A stretch of 63,454 nt of DNA, counting the filler, from Cercozoa sp. M6MM (Eukaryota > Protista > Endomyxa: Ascetosporea): the NCBI GenBank assembly GCA_040357565.1. It is 7 parts of 7 records of this genome, joined end to end, with 100 filler letters (N's around TTAATTAATTAA, not from the genome) between each part and the next. Parts side by side here need not be neighbours in the genome. Positions count along the whole stretch, not along the records: positions 31,943 to 60,327 come from JBDODJ010000139.1; positions 60,428 to 63,454 come from JBDODJ010001642.1; 5 more parts are not named here. One strand, 5' to 3'. Numbering within the stretch: the stretch's first letter is position 1; each line of letters opens with the position of its first letter. A program made the translations under genes and the position numbers. The notes under the pieces were generated by a model. The model made no database searches. It was not told the origin of the DNA and saw only the letters and a program-made list of their open reading frames with translations. Shown here piece by piece: positions 47,638-60,478 of this stretch.

Positions 47638-48265
47638 CAAAAGTCTGTTTCACTGAGGTGCACTATTCGGGATCGGTTTATCCCAAAACACATACTAACA
47701 GGGTTCACCACGCTACACACGTTTACTAAACCGCGAACTCCACAAAACATATTTCGATTTCTGTTGGATACCCATTCCATGCTGCGCTTTTAAATAGTTC
47801 ACGCACGTTAGTTTTATTTTTATTGTTTCCATGCTGCGCACAAGTTGCCACTTTTCGCTATAGATAAAAATTTTAACAGCTACTCAGGCTGCTGCATCTG
47901 GATGAAAAGGTGTTGACATTTTGTAGTATCCTGATTTCCTGGTCTTCTTGATCTTTCTCTTCATAGTTTGCTTTTCTAAAGGCCCTGAATTCTGATCTGA
48001 ATACAGTATCCGTCAAGTGAGCTGCGTGTTGTACGGTACAGTACAATACTGATGAAAACGCTGTAAAGTGTCCGCCAGTACAACACCGGGACAATGTCAG
48101 GACAATCCTGACATTGTTTTAAAAAATACAGTACTGCAGAGAAGTGAATTCTTTTGTCAATAATCTGGTAGTATACGGGTGCAATTATCTTTAATAACCT
48201 CTGAGTATTTTGTTTCATTTCAAACGTTCCCGCTTTTTCAGGACGCTGCGCGCCAAAAGATCAAA

Positions 48266-50654
48266 ATGGCTGCCAGACTCAGGCTAAAGGATCGTCTCTT
48301 CACCCGACAATTCGTTGATCACGCTTGTGGCTTGTTCAAAAAGACGCACACATCATTTGATGACAAGATAGTGAAGAGAGAATGCACATCACGCACTTTT
48401 GTTGACAGTGGGCTTAAGGTTCGCTTGGAGTTGCTTGCGAAGTCGATTTCTGATTCGCTGCCAGTGAGTACGCGCGAAGCACTCGGTGTGTGCTCTACAT
48501 CTTATTCTATCTCCCTTTGTGTGCATATTTATACTTTTTATTTAGAATATAAATTTATAAAAATATATAATACTGTATTCGATTGTCATTCTAGACATTC
48601 TTTGGGACGTGCAAAAGTCTGACTATTCCAAAAAGCGCAGCATGGAATGGGTATCCATAAATGTGAATGATTTTACATCGCATTCGGGCATTCAGATTAA
48701 GTTCCCTCTAAACGTATCTATTCATATAGACAGTTGCGCCAGCGATCGTGTCGCTTAGAGGCATGCAATCGGTTGACGATCCTGAGACCTGGAGGTGCGC
48801 ATCGTTTTCCAAGACTTGTTAAAGTGTCGCGTGTAAGTTACTTGTTATGTGCAGACTCTGCATGCAGCGACTGGCACAATTGTCGCAATTCTCCACGAGC
48901 GAGAACGCAGTCAGGCCTTTCCTTGCACAGCGTCCTTTGCGTGCGCTGGCGCAGGTGGATCCGTCCGTGCATATGTGATGCATCATCGAATATTGATGCC
49001 TCAGATTGGTGTAGGTAAACGAGTGGACTAGAAGTGATAACTCGCATGTGCGCCGTCTTGCCAGTGAGTGTGTGCGTCCGCGACTGCCGTGGGCAACTCG
49101 CTTGACACTCCCTATGTCGCAAGTTCTTGCCATCTTGGTATTGTCACTGCTATGTTGCAACAATATGATAGTTTCGGTCTTTGTCACACTATGTTGTTGC
49201 CTATGTAATCTCACCCGTTTGAATTTTTAGTCCATGCTGAGACACGATGGAGCGTGCGCTGTGCGTCGCAGTGTCGCCAATTGTTTGGGCGACATTGCAA
49301 AGGATGGTAGATTTGCGGTCGTGGGTCTCATTGTATGTATGTACCCTTGTGCCTGGATTTGTGCAGATCCCGAGTTAGTTATTGGACTGCTCAAGTTGTG
49401 GCGAGTGGACGCGCAGCACCGAGTCGATCTTGCTAGTCTAGGTACACATGCACTACATGTCATTCTTTGTGTCACTGCATGAACCTATTCTGCACAGGTG
49501 AGGAAGTGCCCTCAGCGGAGGTGTTGCTCAAGTCGCTCCAGCAGCAGCAGCACCTGCAGCACGTTGATTTTGGTTTATGCAGCAGCGACTCTGACACGTA
49601 CAATGAGCTTTTTCCGGTTCTTTGTGAGCCCGATGTTGCAGACATAGTCCCAGTGATTCCACGGAGTCAGACGATGTGGAGGATGCAGAGGAAGAGGAAG
49701 TCAACTGGATTGTGTCGAACGCAGAAATCCAGCTGGTAGAACCTCGGCACAGCGACGACTATGACGATACCGTCAGCGACACTCCCTGTACGCTTGGTGT
49801 GCGTGTGTGTGTGTGTGTGTGTGTGTTGTTTATTGTATTGTGCTGCAGTGGGCCAGGCGGAGCATGCACTCAAGTCGGTATCATGGATTGCTTCACATGG
49901 TGTTCGTCACCTCGTCAAGAAAGGCAATCCAGACGCACTCGCTTTGGTACGTCGTATATCGTACTTTTCACTTCGCTTTAAACCTCGTGGGTTGTGTAGA
50001 TTGGAGTGAGTCCGGCCTCAGTGGCAGTGCAAGACCTTCAGCTGTCTGCACCTTCGGTTCGCATTGGCGAGTCGATCTCCTTCACGTGCAAAGTACCAAG
50101 TCTGGCCATTGTGTAATTTTAACTTCATGTCTCGCAATTGCAGGCCAAAGTGGCACGCCGGGAGAGTGACAAAGAGTCTGTGCTTTTCCAGTATGGTACT
50201 TGGTCCTACCTTTCGCCTGTATCTGCGACCGCAATATTTATGATTATGTATGTGTAGCCGTAGATTACGTCAAGGCGCGAGGCACATCCCGGTCGGTCTT
50301 CTTGCTGCGTCGCATGACGTTCACTGATGTCAAAGTAGGCTCTAAGCGTTCCAAGTAAGTTTTCTCCCCGTTCTCCCAGCGAATGCGCTTCATATTACCC
50401 TCGTTATCCGGTTTTGTTAGATCCCAGGTGAGCTTCGACGATTTGGTGGAACTTGGCTGCGAACGCAAGTACAACTTGTTTTTAATTCAGTTGGTTCTGT
50501 CGCACATTTTCTTTGTTGCCGTGCGGGTAGGATGCACATGATGACGACGCGAAAGTTGCGACCTGGTCGCCACACGCTACACGTCTTGGCCAATGGCGTA
50601 GTTCTGGCGTCAAAGCACTTTGAGCTTCTGCCTGCAGCTATCGAGCTTGAGTAA
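48266..50654 (+). CDS. AlkC-like DNA alkylation repair glycosylase (HEAT-like repeats + C-terminal Ig-like domain), spliced
   Basis: LKDRLF...FD...LKVRLELLAKSISDSLP..REAL|DIL, FSTSENAVRPFL, RRLASECVRPRLPWATRL, VRRSVANCLGDIAKD, WIASHGVRHLVKKG, TTRKLRPGRHTLHVLANG. Confidence 0.85.
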
Positions 50655-50674
50655 CGTATGGTAAAGTATACCCC

Positions 50675-50954
50675 GTGCGCACAACTTCTAGAACTACATC
50701 CCCTTATTCTAGAATTAGGCACTATATTCTAGAAATCTGGAGGCCTCTTGACTCCTTCAGACACTTGAACTGTGCTGACTAGGTTTCTATTTCTAGAAAT
50801 AAACGAGACTAGGTTTCTATTTCTAGAAATAGGCAGGCTAACTTAGGGGCTGCACGCACTTCTAGAAATGAATTACTTCTAAGTTTAGAAAAAATGCAAA
50901 TTTCTAACACCCCCTATTTCGAGAAGTACATGTACTTCTAGAAGTTATGCGCAC
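50675..50954. mobile_element. MITE-like foldback element rich in TTCTAGAA palindromes
   Basis: 25-bp terminal inverted repeats with 2 mismatches (GTGCGCACAACTTCTAGAACTACAT / ATGTACTTCTAGAAGTTATGCGCAC); no target-site duplication seen. Confidence 0.5.
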
Positions 50955-51000
50955 AACTTTCATTTCATTTGGTCACGGCCGTTTTGGAGCTACGAGGCGT

Positions 51001-52890
51001 TTAAATGTACTGCCCTGGTGCCGATGCTGGCCGTCTGTGGTTAGCGGCGGCGTAGCTGACGGGAGAGCCATAGCTCGCGCTCAGTCGCGAGTAGCGGCGT
51101 TTTCGACCAGAGCGCAGCAGGTGGCCAAAGCGTCGCCAGAGGACTAAGAGCGCCACCGAGAACACAGCAGCTATAAGCACGCAGAACGACCAAGAGCGCA
51201 AGAAAGAAACAGCGACTGCCTCTCGCGCAGATCTCGGAGCGGACGCGGGTTTCGGTCGTGACGCTGATGACTTGCCGTTGTCAAGACTCGTGCGGAGATC
51301 AGCTCGGACATCACCGGTACCGCTGTCTAGCGCTTTCGTCGGGATGTCGCGGATTGCGGACATTTGCGGATCGTAGTTCGTCTTTCTCTCCTACCAAATC
51401 AGTTGAATCTATATTCCGCTGCGAAAGCATGGAAGTGTAGACTGTTACCATAGCAAGTTTAAGGAGCAGTGCGAGGCCTTCGCCCATTTGTTCGGCGCGT
51501 CTCTTTCGCATCTCTCGTTGCTTCTCCTCGTCTTCATGTTGGGGCACCAGAAGTGGATCATGCCGTCGTGTTTCAGAAATTGACCTAAACAATCCTAAGT
51601 TTAGTATCAGCTACTAATGCGTGAACGTATAATTTCCTCACACGTGCTACAGCACATGGTACCCTAAGCGCTGAGGCGCGGCGTGGTGTGCTTGTTCAAC
51701 CGGTAGTGTCGTTGGCCACATTTCGAACACGCCGTCGTACACTGGCTCCTTCTCGAGGTCAATCATCAAGTCATCGATGTCCTCAACGCTCTCTTCGGAA
51801 CTTCGATGAGGTATGTGCCAGTTCCCTGGTAAATTGGTCAATTTTTAACCATTTACATCGGCGCATACGGGGCAGGTAGTTTGTCATAAGCAAAGAACAG
51901 ACCTCTAACACGTCCATCTTGTTGCAGTGATCCGAGGTATTGCACAAAAGCGCGCGCCCTCTTTCTTAATTCGGGTTCCGGCAAAGTGCTGAAGGAGTCA
52001 ATCGCTTGAATTCGTGTTTTTCGAGGAAGGTAGTACTTCCGGAGCGCAATCTACGCTAATAAAAAATCAGCACCGGTCGGATCAGAATCGGTTACGCAAC
52101 GTCGGACGACAACTCACTGGGACAGATATTGCTGTAACTCTTTTACCTTTGGCCAGTTCGCTCGACCTCGCAGAACGAAAAGAGATGACGACGACTCTTG
52201 TCCCCACCCACGAACTCGGTTCGTCGCGTGCCCTTTGTTTTCTCCTTCGGTGGGATTGTACAGGAACGTCAGTGTCGCGGTAAAGGCGTGTTTTGTGTTG
52301 TATTGCGTGTAGCGACCTGCCAAGAAATTGGATTTATTTCGTTGTCGTAAAATGTTGTGAGCGAGGGCTTCAAGGTTCTCCGTGTGTGCAATTGTACCTG
52401 CCCAGGCACCATCGACAAACCCGATTCCTTTTGCACTCAACTCTTCGCGTAAACGGGGATCTGTTTGAGCGTTCCGCAACCACGCAGTTGCCCTACATTT
52501 GTTTCACCAAAACAGGAAGGCCAATCCACACGAACCATTCATCACGGTGGTCAGTACTGGGCAAAGTTGTCGCGAATAAAGTCATCTCCACGAAACGGAT
52601 ACGATCTTTGAGCCACCTACAACCGTGTGTTCCGTGTTCCATTCACTCAGGATATTGTATGGTGAAGACACAAATACGCCAAGGATATCGTCTGATTTCT
52701 GGCTCATTAGGTACTTGCCCAGCTGCACGTTCGGTTGATCTGGAGTACCTGTGTTGGTGCTCTCTGGCTCCTCAGCGAGAGTACCGCGCGGACTTGGACC
52801 ATCAGCCAAAACCGGCGCCGACGACACTGACAACACAAAGATAGTGAGAAGTGCCACTGGCCCGGTGAGCCTAAGTCGCGAAGCTGGCAT
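51001..52890 (-). CDS. Hypothetical type I membrane protein (signal peptide, C-terminal TM), spliced
   Basis: N-terminal VALLTIFVLSVSSAPVLA; C-terminal SFCVLIAAVFSVALLVLWRR with a basic cytosolic tail; internal exon joins not fully resolved. Confidence 0.5.
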
Positions 52891-53370
52891 CTGTCGCAAT
52901 TATTTTTCTTGAACAGTGGTAGCTATGCCTCCTACGGCTCCTGTAAACAGCAGGAAGCAAATCAAGTGACGTTGGATGCTGCGAAAAGTCCGAAGCACCC
53001 GCAGGAAAGGCAAAGTTAGAGATGTTGATACTCGGTGACTTGAGTGATATGGTCCGATACATTAGCTTTAGATTGAGCAGTTAGCCTAGTTGGCACAGTC
53101 TCAGGACACAAGGCTTGATATCAAGGCAATATCAAGGGGCAAAGCTAGCTCGCTTCGCTGGCGTTGCCGGCTTAAAAAATCTCCTACCCTAACGACTAGG
53201 CATCCACCGCTCAGTTGTTTTGAATAGAACCATCAATCGGAACTACTTACGTTCGTTGGTTTCATGCATACAAGACTCAACAAACTCGAACCATCAATCG
53301 AATCAAATTCATCCGGCACTGCATCAAATAACCAAACTCAGACGGTCCGGTAGCACCAAACTCGCGTTGA

Positions 53371-55045
53371 CTACTCGAGACCACCGAGTACTCGGTTGAA
53401 GTCATCCTGCAACACGTGCGCATGTCGGTAGATTGCTTCCCTTATTCCACATAAAGCAGGATATACTTGAGACAGCGCAACGCTTCCTATTTGCTTCATC
53501 TTGGCCTTTCCTTTCTGTTAAAAACAAAACGCGAATTAGTGAGTTCGAGTCAGCTTAAACAGCAGCAGAAAAAACCTTCTGCTTATCGAGCAGCTTGCGC
53601 TTTCGCGAGTTATCGCCACCACCGACTGTCTTGCCGGCTTTTTCCTGCGTGTAGGATCGAGATCAGCAAACGCATTACCAAGTCGCGTTAAGAGTCATTC
53701 ACAGCAAGTCAACGTACAAGCACGTTCTTGCGGAACGCCTTGATGGTCTCGGCCGCAACAATTCGAGTCCCCACTGCTGCTTGCAGTCGCACCTATAACA
53801 ACAACCCTTTTACGTGTCGGAAATAAGCAACGTGACTTCATTTGAAAAGGTGTACCTCAAACAACTGTCGTGAGATGACGTCCTTCAACTTCATGCAACT
53901 GTGAAAAAGTATCAAACAGCACATACATATTTATATATATAAAGAGAGAGAAAGCACAGTTCCTTGCCGACATCATGCGCGTGCTTCTTCACCAAAAGCA
54001 TCGACAGTGCATCGATCGGTTCCTTGTTGACCAATAGTCGCAGGCACACCACGTCGGCATCCTGCCCAACAGAAAAGAGGTTTAGACTCGCACACCAGCG
54101 CACACAGGTACCAAAACTCACCTCATAGCCATCGTCCTCATAGTCGAAGGACGCCATTCCTCTCGTCAGCGATTTGAGAGGGTCGTAGAAATCCCTCACA
54201 ACCTGGTATCCATGTCAAACACGTAGACACAACTCCTTTTGAGAGTGAGGTAGAGAGGGAGAGAGAAGGGAGGGCCAAGTATACCTGAGCAAGCGGAAAA
54301 CGGAACCGCATGATGACCCGGTCACTGTCGAGGAAGCTGAACTCCTGTTCCAAAGGAAACACTTCCAGTGCAGTTTTAGACACACTGAGTTATAGTTTAA
54401 AAATGATACAAGCTGCTCGCCTTCGCGCGATGCAAAGAAACGCATGAGAGCGCCCACAAACTCCTTCGGCGCAATCGTCGTCGACTTGACCTGTAGAGAT
54501 ACTGATAGAATTAAAAAACACCCCACAGGCGCAAGTGACGGAACCATTGGCTGTCGGAAGCGTTCAACACCCGCCTTATGTTCGGGCATGTGCTCCACCG
54601 AGGAAAGCACTTTGACCACTCGGTGACCTTCGTCATCCTGTGAACATATCACAATTTCACTACTGCGTCCGGGCTACTGCAAGGCAAGGACAGTACCAGG
54701 TCCAAAGAATCGTGCTCTTGTCGCATGATCGCTTGAAAAGGCACCGTTGGCGCCGTCACAAGCACCTGGAAAGAAAGTAATGCACTCAAACACGGGGGTG
54801 GGGACAGACGCACCTCGGCACCAAACTCGTCACGCAAGCGCTGCTTGAACACGTCCATACTGCTCGATTGAAACATGCATGCACTTGCACCAAGTAAACA
54901 GACAACACAACAACGTGGCCTACTGGAGAACGCCGAGAAAGCCGCAGCGGAAGCCACTGCCGAGAGCACCAGAGCTCTCCGAGGCCACAGTGACCTATGT
55001 GTATGGTGTGTGTGTGCGTGCGTGCGTGTGTGTGTGTGTGTGTGT

Positions 55046-55080
<35 letters not shown>

Positions 55081-56571
55081 ACACGCATCAAGAAAACCAA
55101 CAAGCGGATGAAAAACATTGTACCGAATTATCGTTGAGGGATAGTTTTTCTATGGCATCTCTCAGGTCGTCGAATGCTGCCGAGTCCTGTCTCCAGCAAC
55201 AAGAGAAAGAGGTGACACGTATGCACACGAAACGAGACGCAGTACCACTGGGTACAACGACGAGTACACCATCGGCTTGGCCTCCTTGAAACCCGCGCAC
55301 GGTGTCTATCCAGAGTGACTGCGTGCGGCAACAAGAGAGAAAAGACAGAAAAGCTTCGAATACAAAAAGTACCACGTCATCGCGTTTCGGAGGTGCGGGT
55401 CTTGGTTCCTACAGCACGCGCGTATCCACCGTTTTAACAAAACCTTGAAACACGCATACCTCAAGGATGAGACGCATTAGTTCCGAGCCTTGCTTTGCGC
55501 CGTTCTTGGTGACTTGACTGTGCAGGTAGAACGTGTCACCTGCAAACACGTGCACATTGAAGTGAGTGATACAGCAACCAAGGACAGATGGAAAGACACC
55601 TAGCCGCACGTCACGTGTACTGCGAATGTTGGCGACAAGTGCGCCCACCTGGCCGGCTCTTAGTCTGTACGAACAGGTAGAGACACAGTTGTCAAGTCAA
55701 AGACGGTTAAAACGCTACCTATCAACACGCATGGGCGGTTCTGAACCACCACGCAGCACGTGAATTTCTTGCACCGTGTGCGAAGACTTCAGGCATACAA
55801 ACAGACAGTCGTGGCATGTACTTATCCTCAGCTCTCGCATAAAACTACCTGTCCGTGCCACGACTTAATGGTGTCACCACGACGCAATTCGCCGTCCTAA
55901 ACAGAACAGGATTGCAGATTACAATGGCGTGGTTGAACTAAGTGAAGGGAGCAGGTGTAAGAAAACCTCGATGCAGACGAGTAAGATGGCGCCGCGGTGC
56001 CGATCGTACCATGAGTCCACGGCACGTGCACTTCACCCACAAAACCCGCTGCATCTTGCACAAGCCATTAAAAACAGTGTTGCTCGAAGTACCGTAGAAT
56101 GCCACGCTCACGATCGCCGTTTTCGTCTTGTGGGGCCGGCAATTTCCTATCATCAAGAGATGCGTAACAACACACCTAGCAACAGACACAGTAAGGTGTG
56201 TTGTACTTGATAACGGCATCCAGCACGTCCGTCATGCCGATGCCACTCTACCCAACCAAAGTAAACAGATGCACAAAAGCAAAGACTCGCTAAGGAGATT
56301 AAAACTCACCTTCGCCGAACACAAAATGGCGTCATCGCCATCGAATCCAAGAATCTCTTGCAGCTGCTCGATCGACTTTTCAACATTTGCTGTTTGCAAG
56401 TCCACCTGTGTTTGGTTGGCGGTTGCACGTCGCTCACAGTCTACAGAAGCACTACGAAAGAGGTTGCTACCTTGGTGAGCACGGGCACAATGTCGAGTTC
56501 TTCCATAAGAGCGAGTCTGTCTCACAGTAGTTTAGATCCGGACAGACGCAGCTCAGCGCGAGAGAGAGAGG

Positions 56572-56623
<52 letters not shown>

Positions 56624-57582
56624 GAGAGATAGGGAGGAAGGAAGGGAGGAAGGGAGGGAGGGAGGGAACGAGAGAGAGGGAGGAAGAGTACTCGTAGTTC
56701 GCCATCGTTTGTGCCTCAACACCTTGTCCTGCGAGCACATTGACCCGTCTACGCAAACTTGGGTGAGCATAAAACACAAAACGATACCTGCATCGACGAG
56801 GAGGAGAGCGCCGTCACATGCAGCAAGTGAGCGCGAAACCTCGTACGAGAAATCGACGTGACCTGGCGTGTCGATGAGGTTCTACATGTAGGAAAAGTTG
56901 ATACAAACGTACCGAACTGAACTCAACAGAACAAACACAATACCAAAAGGTAGGGGAATTCAGGCGATTCTGGGTGTCTTCTCACAAACATGCATACGCT
57001 ACACCACAAGGCTGATATGGGCCAAAGATACCTCAGCAGCATTGATGCCGTCTGTGCCTTAACCGTGATGCCGCGTTCCATCTAAAGCAGAATTGTGCTT
57101 TGTTCCCTTGTGCTTGCCAATGGAACGTGCACATGGTTACCTCGACTTGTAGCGTGTCCAGCGACTGCGAACGGTGGTCTGCGTGCGCAATGTTACCAGC
57201 GAACTGGAGCAGCGCATCGCTGAGCGTCGACTTGCCTGCATCACGTACATGATGAAAAGGTGTACCCACGCGCCGACTTTTCATTCTAAATGCACTTACC
57301 ATGATCAATGTGTGCAATAATGGCAAAGTTGCGCATGCGATCCGAAGTGACACTGTCGAACACTTTGCGCGCCTCTTCCTGCCTCAAGAAAACGACATCA
57401 TTAACATAACGAGCCTTTACTCTGGCTACCTCATTGTCGACATTCAAAAGCGACTGTGCCGGCCATTTTTCGGGTCTGTTGTGATGAAGGAAATTGATCG
57501 ACAAGATTGACATTAATTGAGATTACGCAGCAGAAAACGGCCTGCGCACGAGAAAAGCACGCCGCCTCACAAAACTCTGCAT
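53371..57582 (-). CDS. GUF1: Mitochondrial translation factor GUF1/LepA (EF4), spliced
   Basis: [12 protein letters not shown]|[67 protein letters not shown]; Arg-rich targeting peptide [10 protein letters not shown]. Confidence 0.95.
56560..56680. repeat. (GA)n/(GGAG)n tract in a GUF1 intron; similar tract at 43268-43350
   Basis: Direct reading. Confidence 0.9.
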
Positions 57583-57891
57583 TCGAAGCACACGCGTGCG
57601 CAATCTTTAAACGCACAGGGGTACTTGCTATTATTTTGGCTCAATGTGAATTTTTGGACGGCTGCAGTCAGCTACAGTACTGTACTCAGAGCTGCTGAAA
57701 TATAATTGTTGACAGTACAGTATCATCTTCTTCAGTCTTTTAAGTCTGCTGCACAGTGTCCATCTGTCCTCTGTGGTAGGTATTGTACATCTACATTTCA
57801 GAGTAACCCTTCTGCTGTGCTTTAAAACAGTTTTTCTTTTTTTAAACTTGTGGAACCAAGAACCTCCCTTATAGTACAGCGCAGTAAAACA

Positions 57892-59910
57892 ATGGCAGGA
57901 ATTCCTCGATTCGTCCTGGATTTAGATCAACCTCCTGCCGAAAGATGGAGCAGCGTGTGTGAATACTACGCCAACAGTGAGGCACTCGGCCAGGCACTCG
58001 CTTTCGTTGATGAAGTGTGCAGTGAAAATTCGATCACATCTTCCTTTGTCACCGGGTGTTTGAAAGTCGTATGATATTTTTAGCCCCCCCCCCCCCCCGC
58101 TCTTTTCCTGTCTTTACCCCCTTTGCCTAGGCCACACGTGCCAACTGGGTGCTCTACTCACGCGAGCTGCGTGCTATCTCTCAGCAGATAAACATCCCGC
58201 TGGGCAAGCTTACGGCACTGCAACTTGTGTATGAGGTACTTTAGTGTGCTTCTCACGAGCAATGGAAACTCCATTTTATATCCTATGTCACCAGGCAAGC
58301 GCAGCGTGTACCTCAGTGATGGCTCCCCTCAGCGCGCGAGGTGACAGCTTGCTGCACATTAGGTCCATGGATTGGGAAATGGATTTTCTTCGCGGTGTCA
58401 CGCTTGAATTAGACGTACGCAAGGCGGGTCGCACGTACCGAGTTTAAATCATATCGAATCATTATTTATTTATCTACTTGTTTCATACTTTATTTATTTA
58501 TTGTTTGCGTGCTTTCTTAGCTTGTTCATCGCGACCTCTTGGGCCGGCTATGTAGGCATCCTTACTGGTATCTGCTCTATATATCAATATATCGCAGAGT
58601 GAGGTGAGATGGAGGGAAGATCGGCACTTTTTGCAGGTGTCAGGTCGTTGCCGGAAAGCGACTTGGCTCACTGGCAGCAGTCCTTTTCTGTCGCAGGTAT
58701 CATGTGTGCTTCAACAAGTCCATGCACCTATCTGCATTTCATTTCTGTCGGTGTCTAGTAAACTATCGCGTGCTGGACATGTCTTTCGGCCGCAACCTAC
58801 GCAAGCTTCTTCGGTACAATAGTGGAATAGTGACTCTGTAATGCGCACACCATTGAACCAGTGGAAATCTAGTTAAAGCGTATGTCATCACATGTTTTGT
58901 GTAGATACAAGTGGCCTGTCGGATTCCTTGTGCGCGAAACGCTCACAAATGTAACTGCGAGCTGTATTCATTAACTAATCAATCCATATGACTTTGTGTG
59001 GATAGGCATGTGACGTCTACCACGCGATTGAATGGCTCGTGACCAGCGAGCTCGTGTATTCACTGCCCTCATGTCTGTTGCCTCAATAGCTGCACTGTTT
59101 GTTTGTTGCAGAGCACCCACTTACCTCTCGATTTGCTCGTCAAAGCTGGGGTAATATTCATGCGGCAGTGCCATGGTAGCTGCACATGTCTTCTATCATC
59201 GATACGCAGAGCGGTCGTGACCCGTGACCGCACATCGTGCGATAGACTGCTTGTGACAGCTCTGGAACAGTCGGCACAAGAGCAGCTACTTGCTCGCTTG
59301 GGCGACTCGGTGGCAGGTGAGTCGTCAAATGTTTGCGAGCATGCATTATCCAGTGTACCTTTCATAGAAGACGCCATTGATGTCGCGCCGTTCCCTCTGT
59401 TGGTGCAGACGAACCATGACGGTGCTATCTGTTGAATCTTTACTCCTACTTAAATATCATGCTTGTGATTTTTCGCTTTGTCATGTGCAGCCTGGAAGCA
59501 GTTCGGTGTTCACCTCTCCAGTGAGGAGAATATTGCTTGGTGACTTTCTGTCTGTCTACCCGCAACCTTAAGAAGCTTGCTTCAATTTGATACAGGTCGG
59601 CGCAGCGGCATGCAGCCGCGTCCAATTACTGCATCGACAATGCCCTTGTTTCCAGCACTCAAAGTGACGGCGACGAGACTGATGGTATATAATGCGAGTC
59701 TATCTGTAGAGCATGTGGCCTACTTTGCGTCGCATGAGCACGAGTATCTGTGTAGAGCATGTGGCTTACTTTGCGTCGCATGAGCACGCGTGGCAGTTAT
59801 TCGCACGTGCTCCTTGCCATATGGACTGCACCATCTACGTGACCATGATGCAGCCAGGCAAGGCTGCGAGTGAAGCGCTTGCCACGCGGTACCCTGAGGC
59901 TTGCGGCTGA
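57892..59910 (+). CDS. Acid ceramidase/NAAA-like Ntn-hydrolase, spliced
   Basis: PRFVLDLDQPPAERW, LQLVYE|ASAACTSV (Ntn nucleophile Cys), HIRSMDW, SWAGYVGILTG, LVQTNHD. Confidence 0.88.
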
Positions 59911-60283
59911 GCGTGACTGACCGCCCCAGGGCCATTTCGACTGGGGCTTGTTTGTTGTTCTGTAAAACGTACCCGATCTGCGTGGTTTCAGACGAACCGC
60001 ACCTTTAAGAAAATAGATTTCGCTGCAAAGACGCGCGTTAGAAGGCATTGGCGTCTCTCAGCGACTCCAAGTTGTGTTCCTTAGTAATGAGGGTGCGATC
60101 GTGCTCCACCCATTCTCAGTCTCGCCAATTTGATCGTACTTTGCGTGGAGAAACGCCAGCAAATTAGTACCGTCGCTGGCGTCAGCGTTGACTATGCAGT
60201 TTGACGAACCTCTGCTCGGAGCACGCGAGTTTGTACCATTTGCCCCCTCCCACCCCTATCCCCTTATCCTCATACCCCCTTCA

Positions 60284-60327
<44 letters not shown>

Positions 60328-60478
60328 NNNNNNNNNNNNNNNNNNNNNNNNNNNNNNNNNNNNNNNNNNNNTTAATTAATTAANNNNNNNNNNNNNNNNN
60401 NNNNNNNNNNNNNNNNNNNNNNNNNNNGTTTACCCCCCCCCCCGCTACCCTTCATCCCCTTAACCCCTCTGTGGTAGT

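Noticed and set aside
47765-48657. Apparent DNA transposon with 27-bp TIRs and an internal ORF (48179-48622)
   Set aside because: The internal ORF is exon 1 of the AlkC-like gene and the right 'TIR' is its exon 2/donor site; no transposase and no clear TSD.
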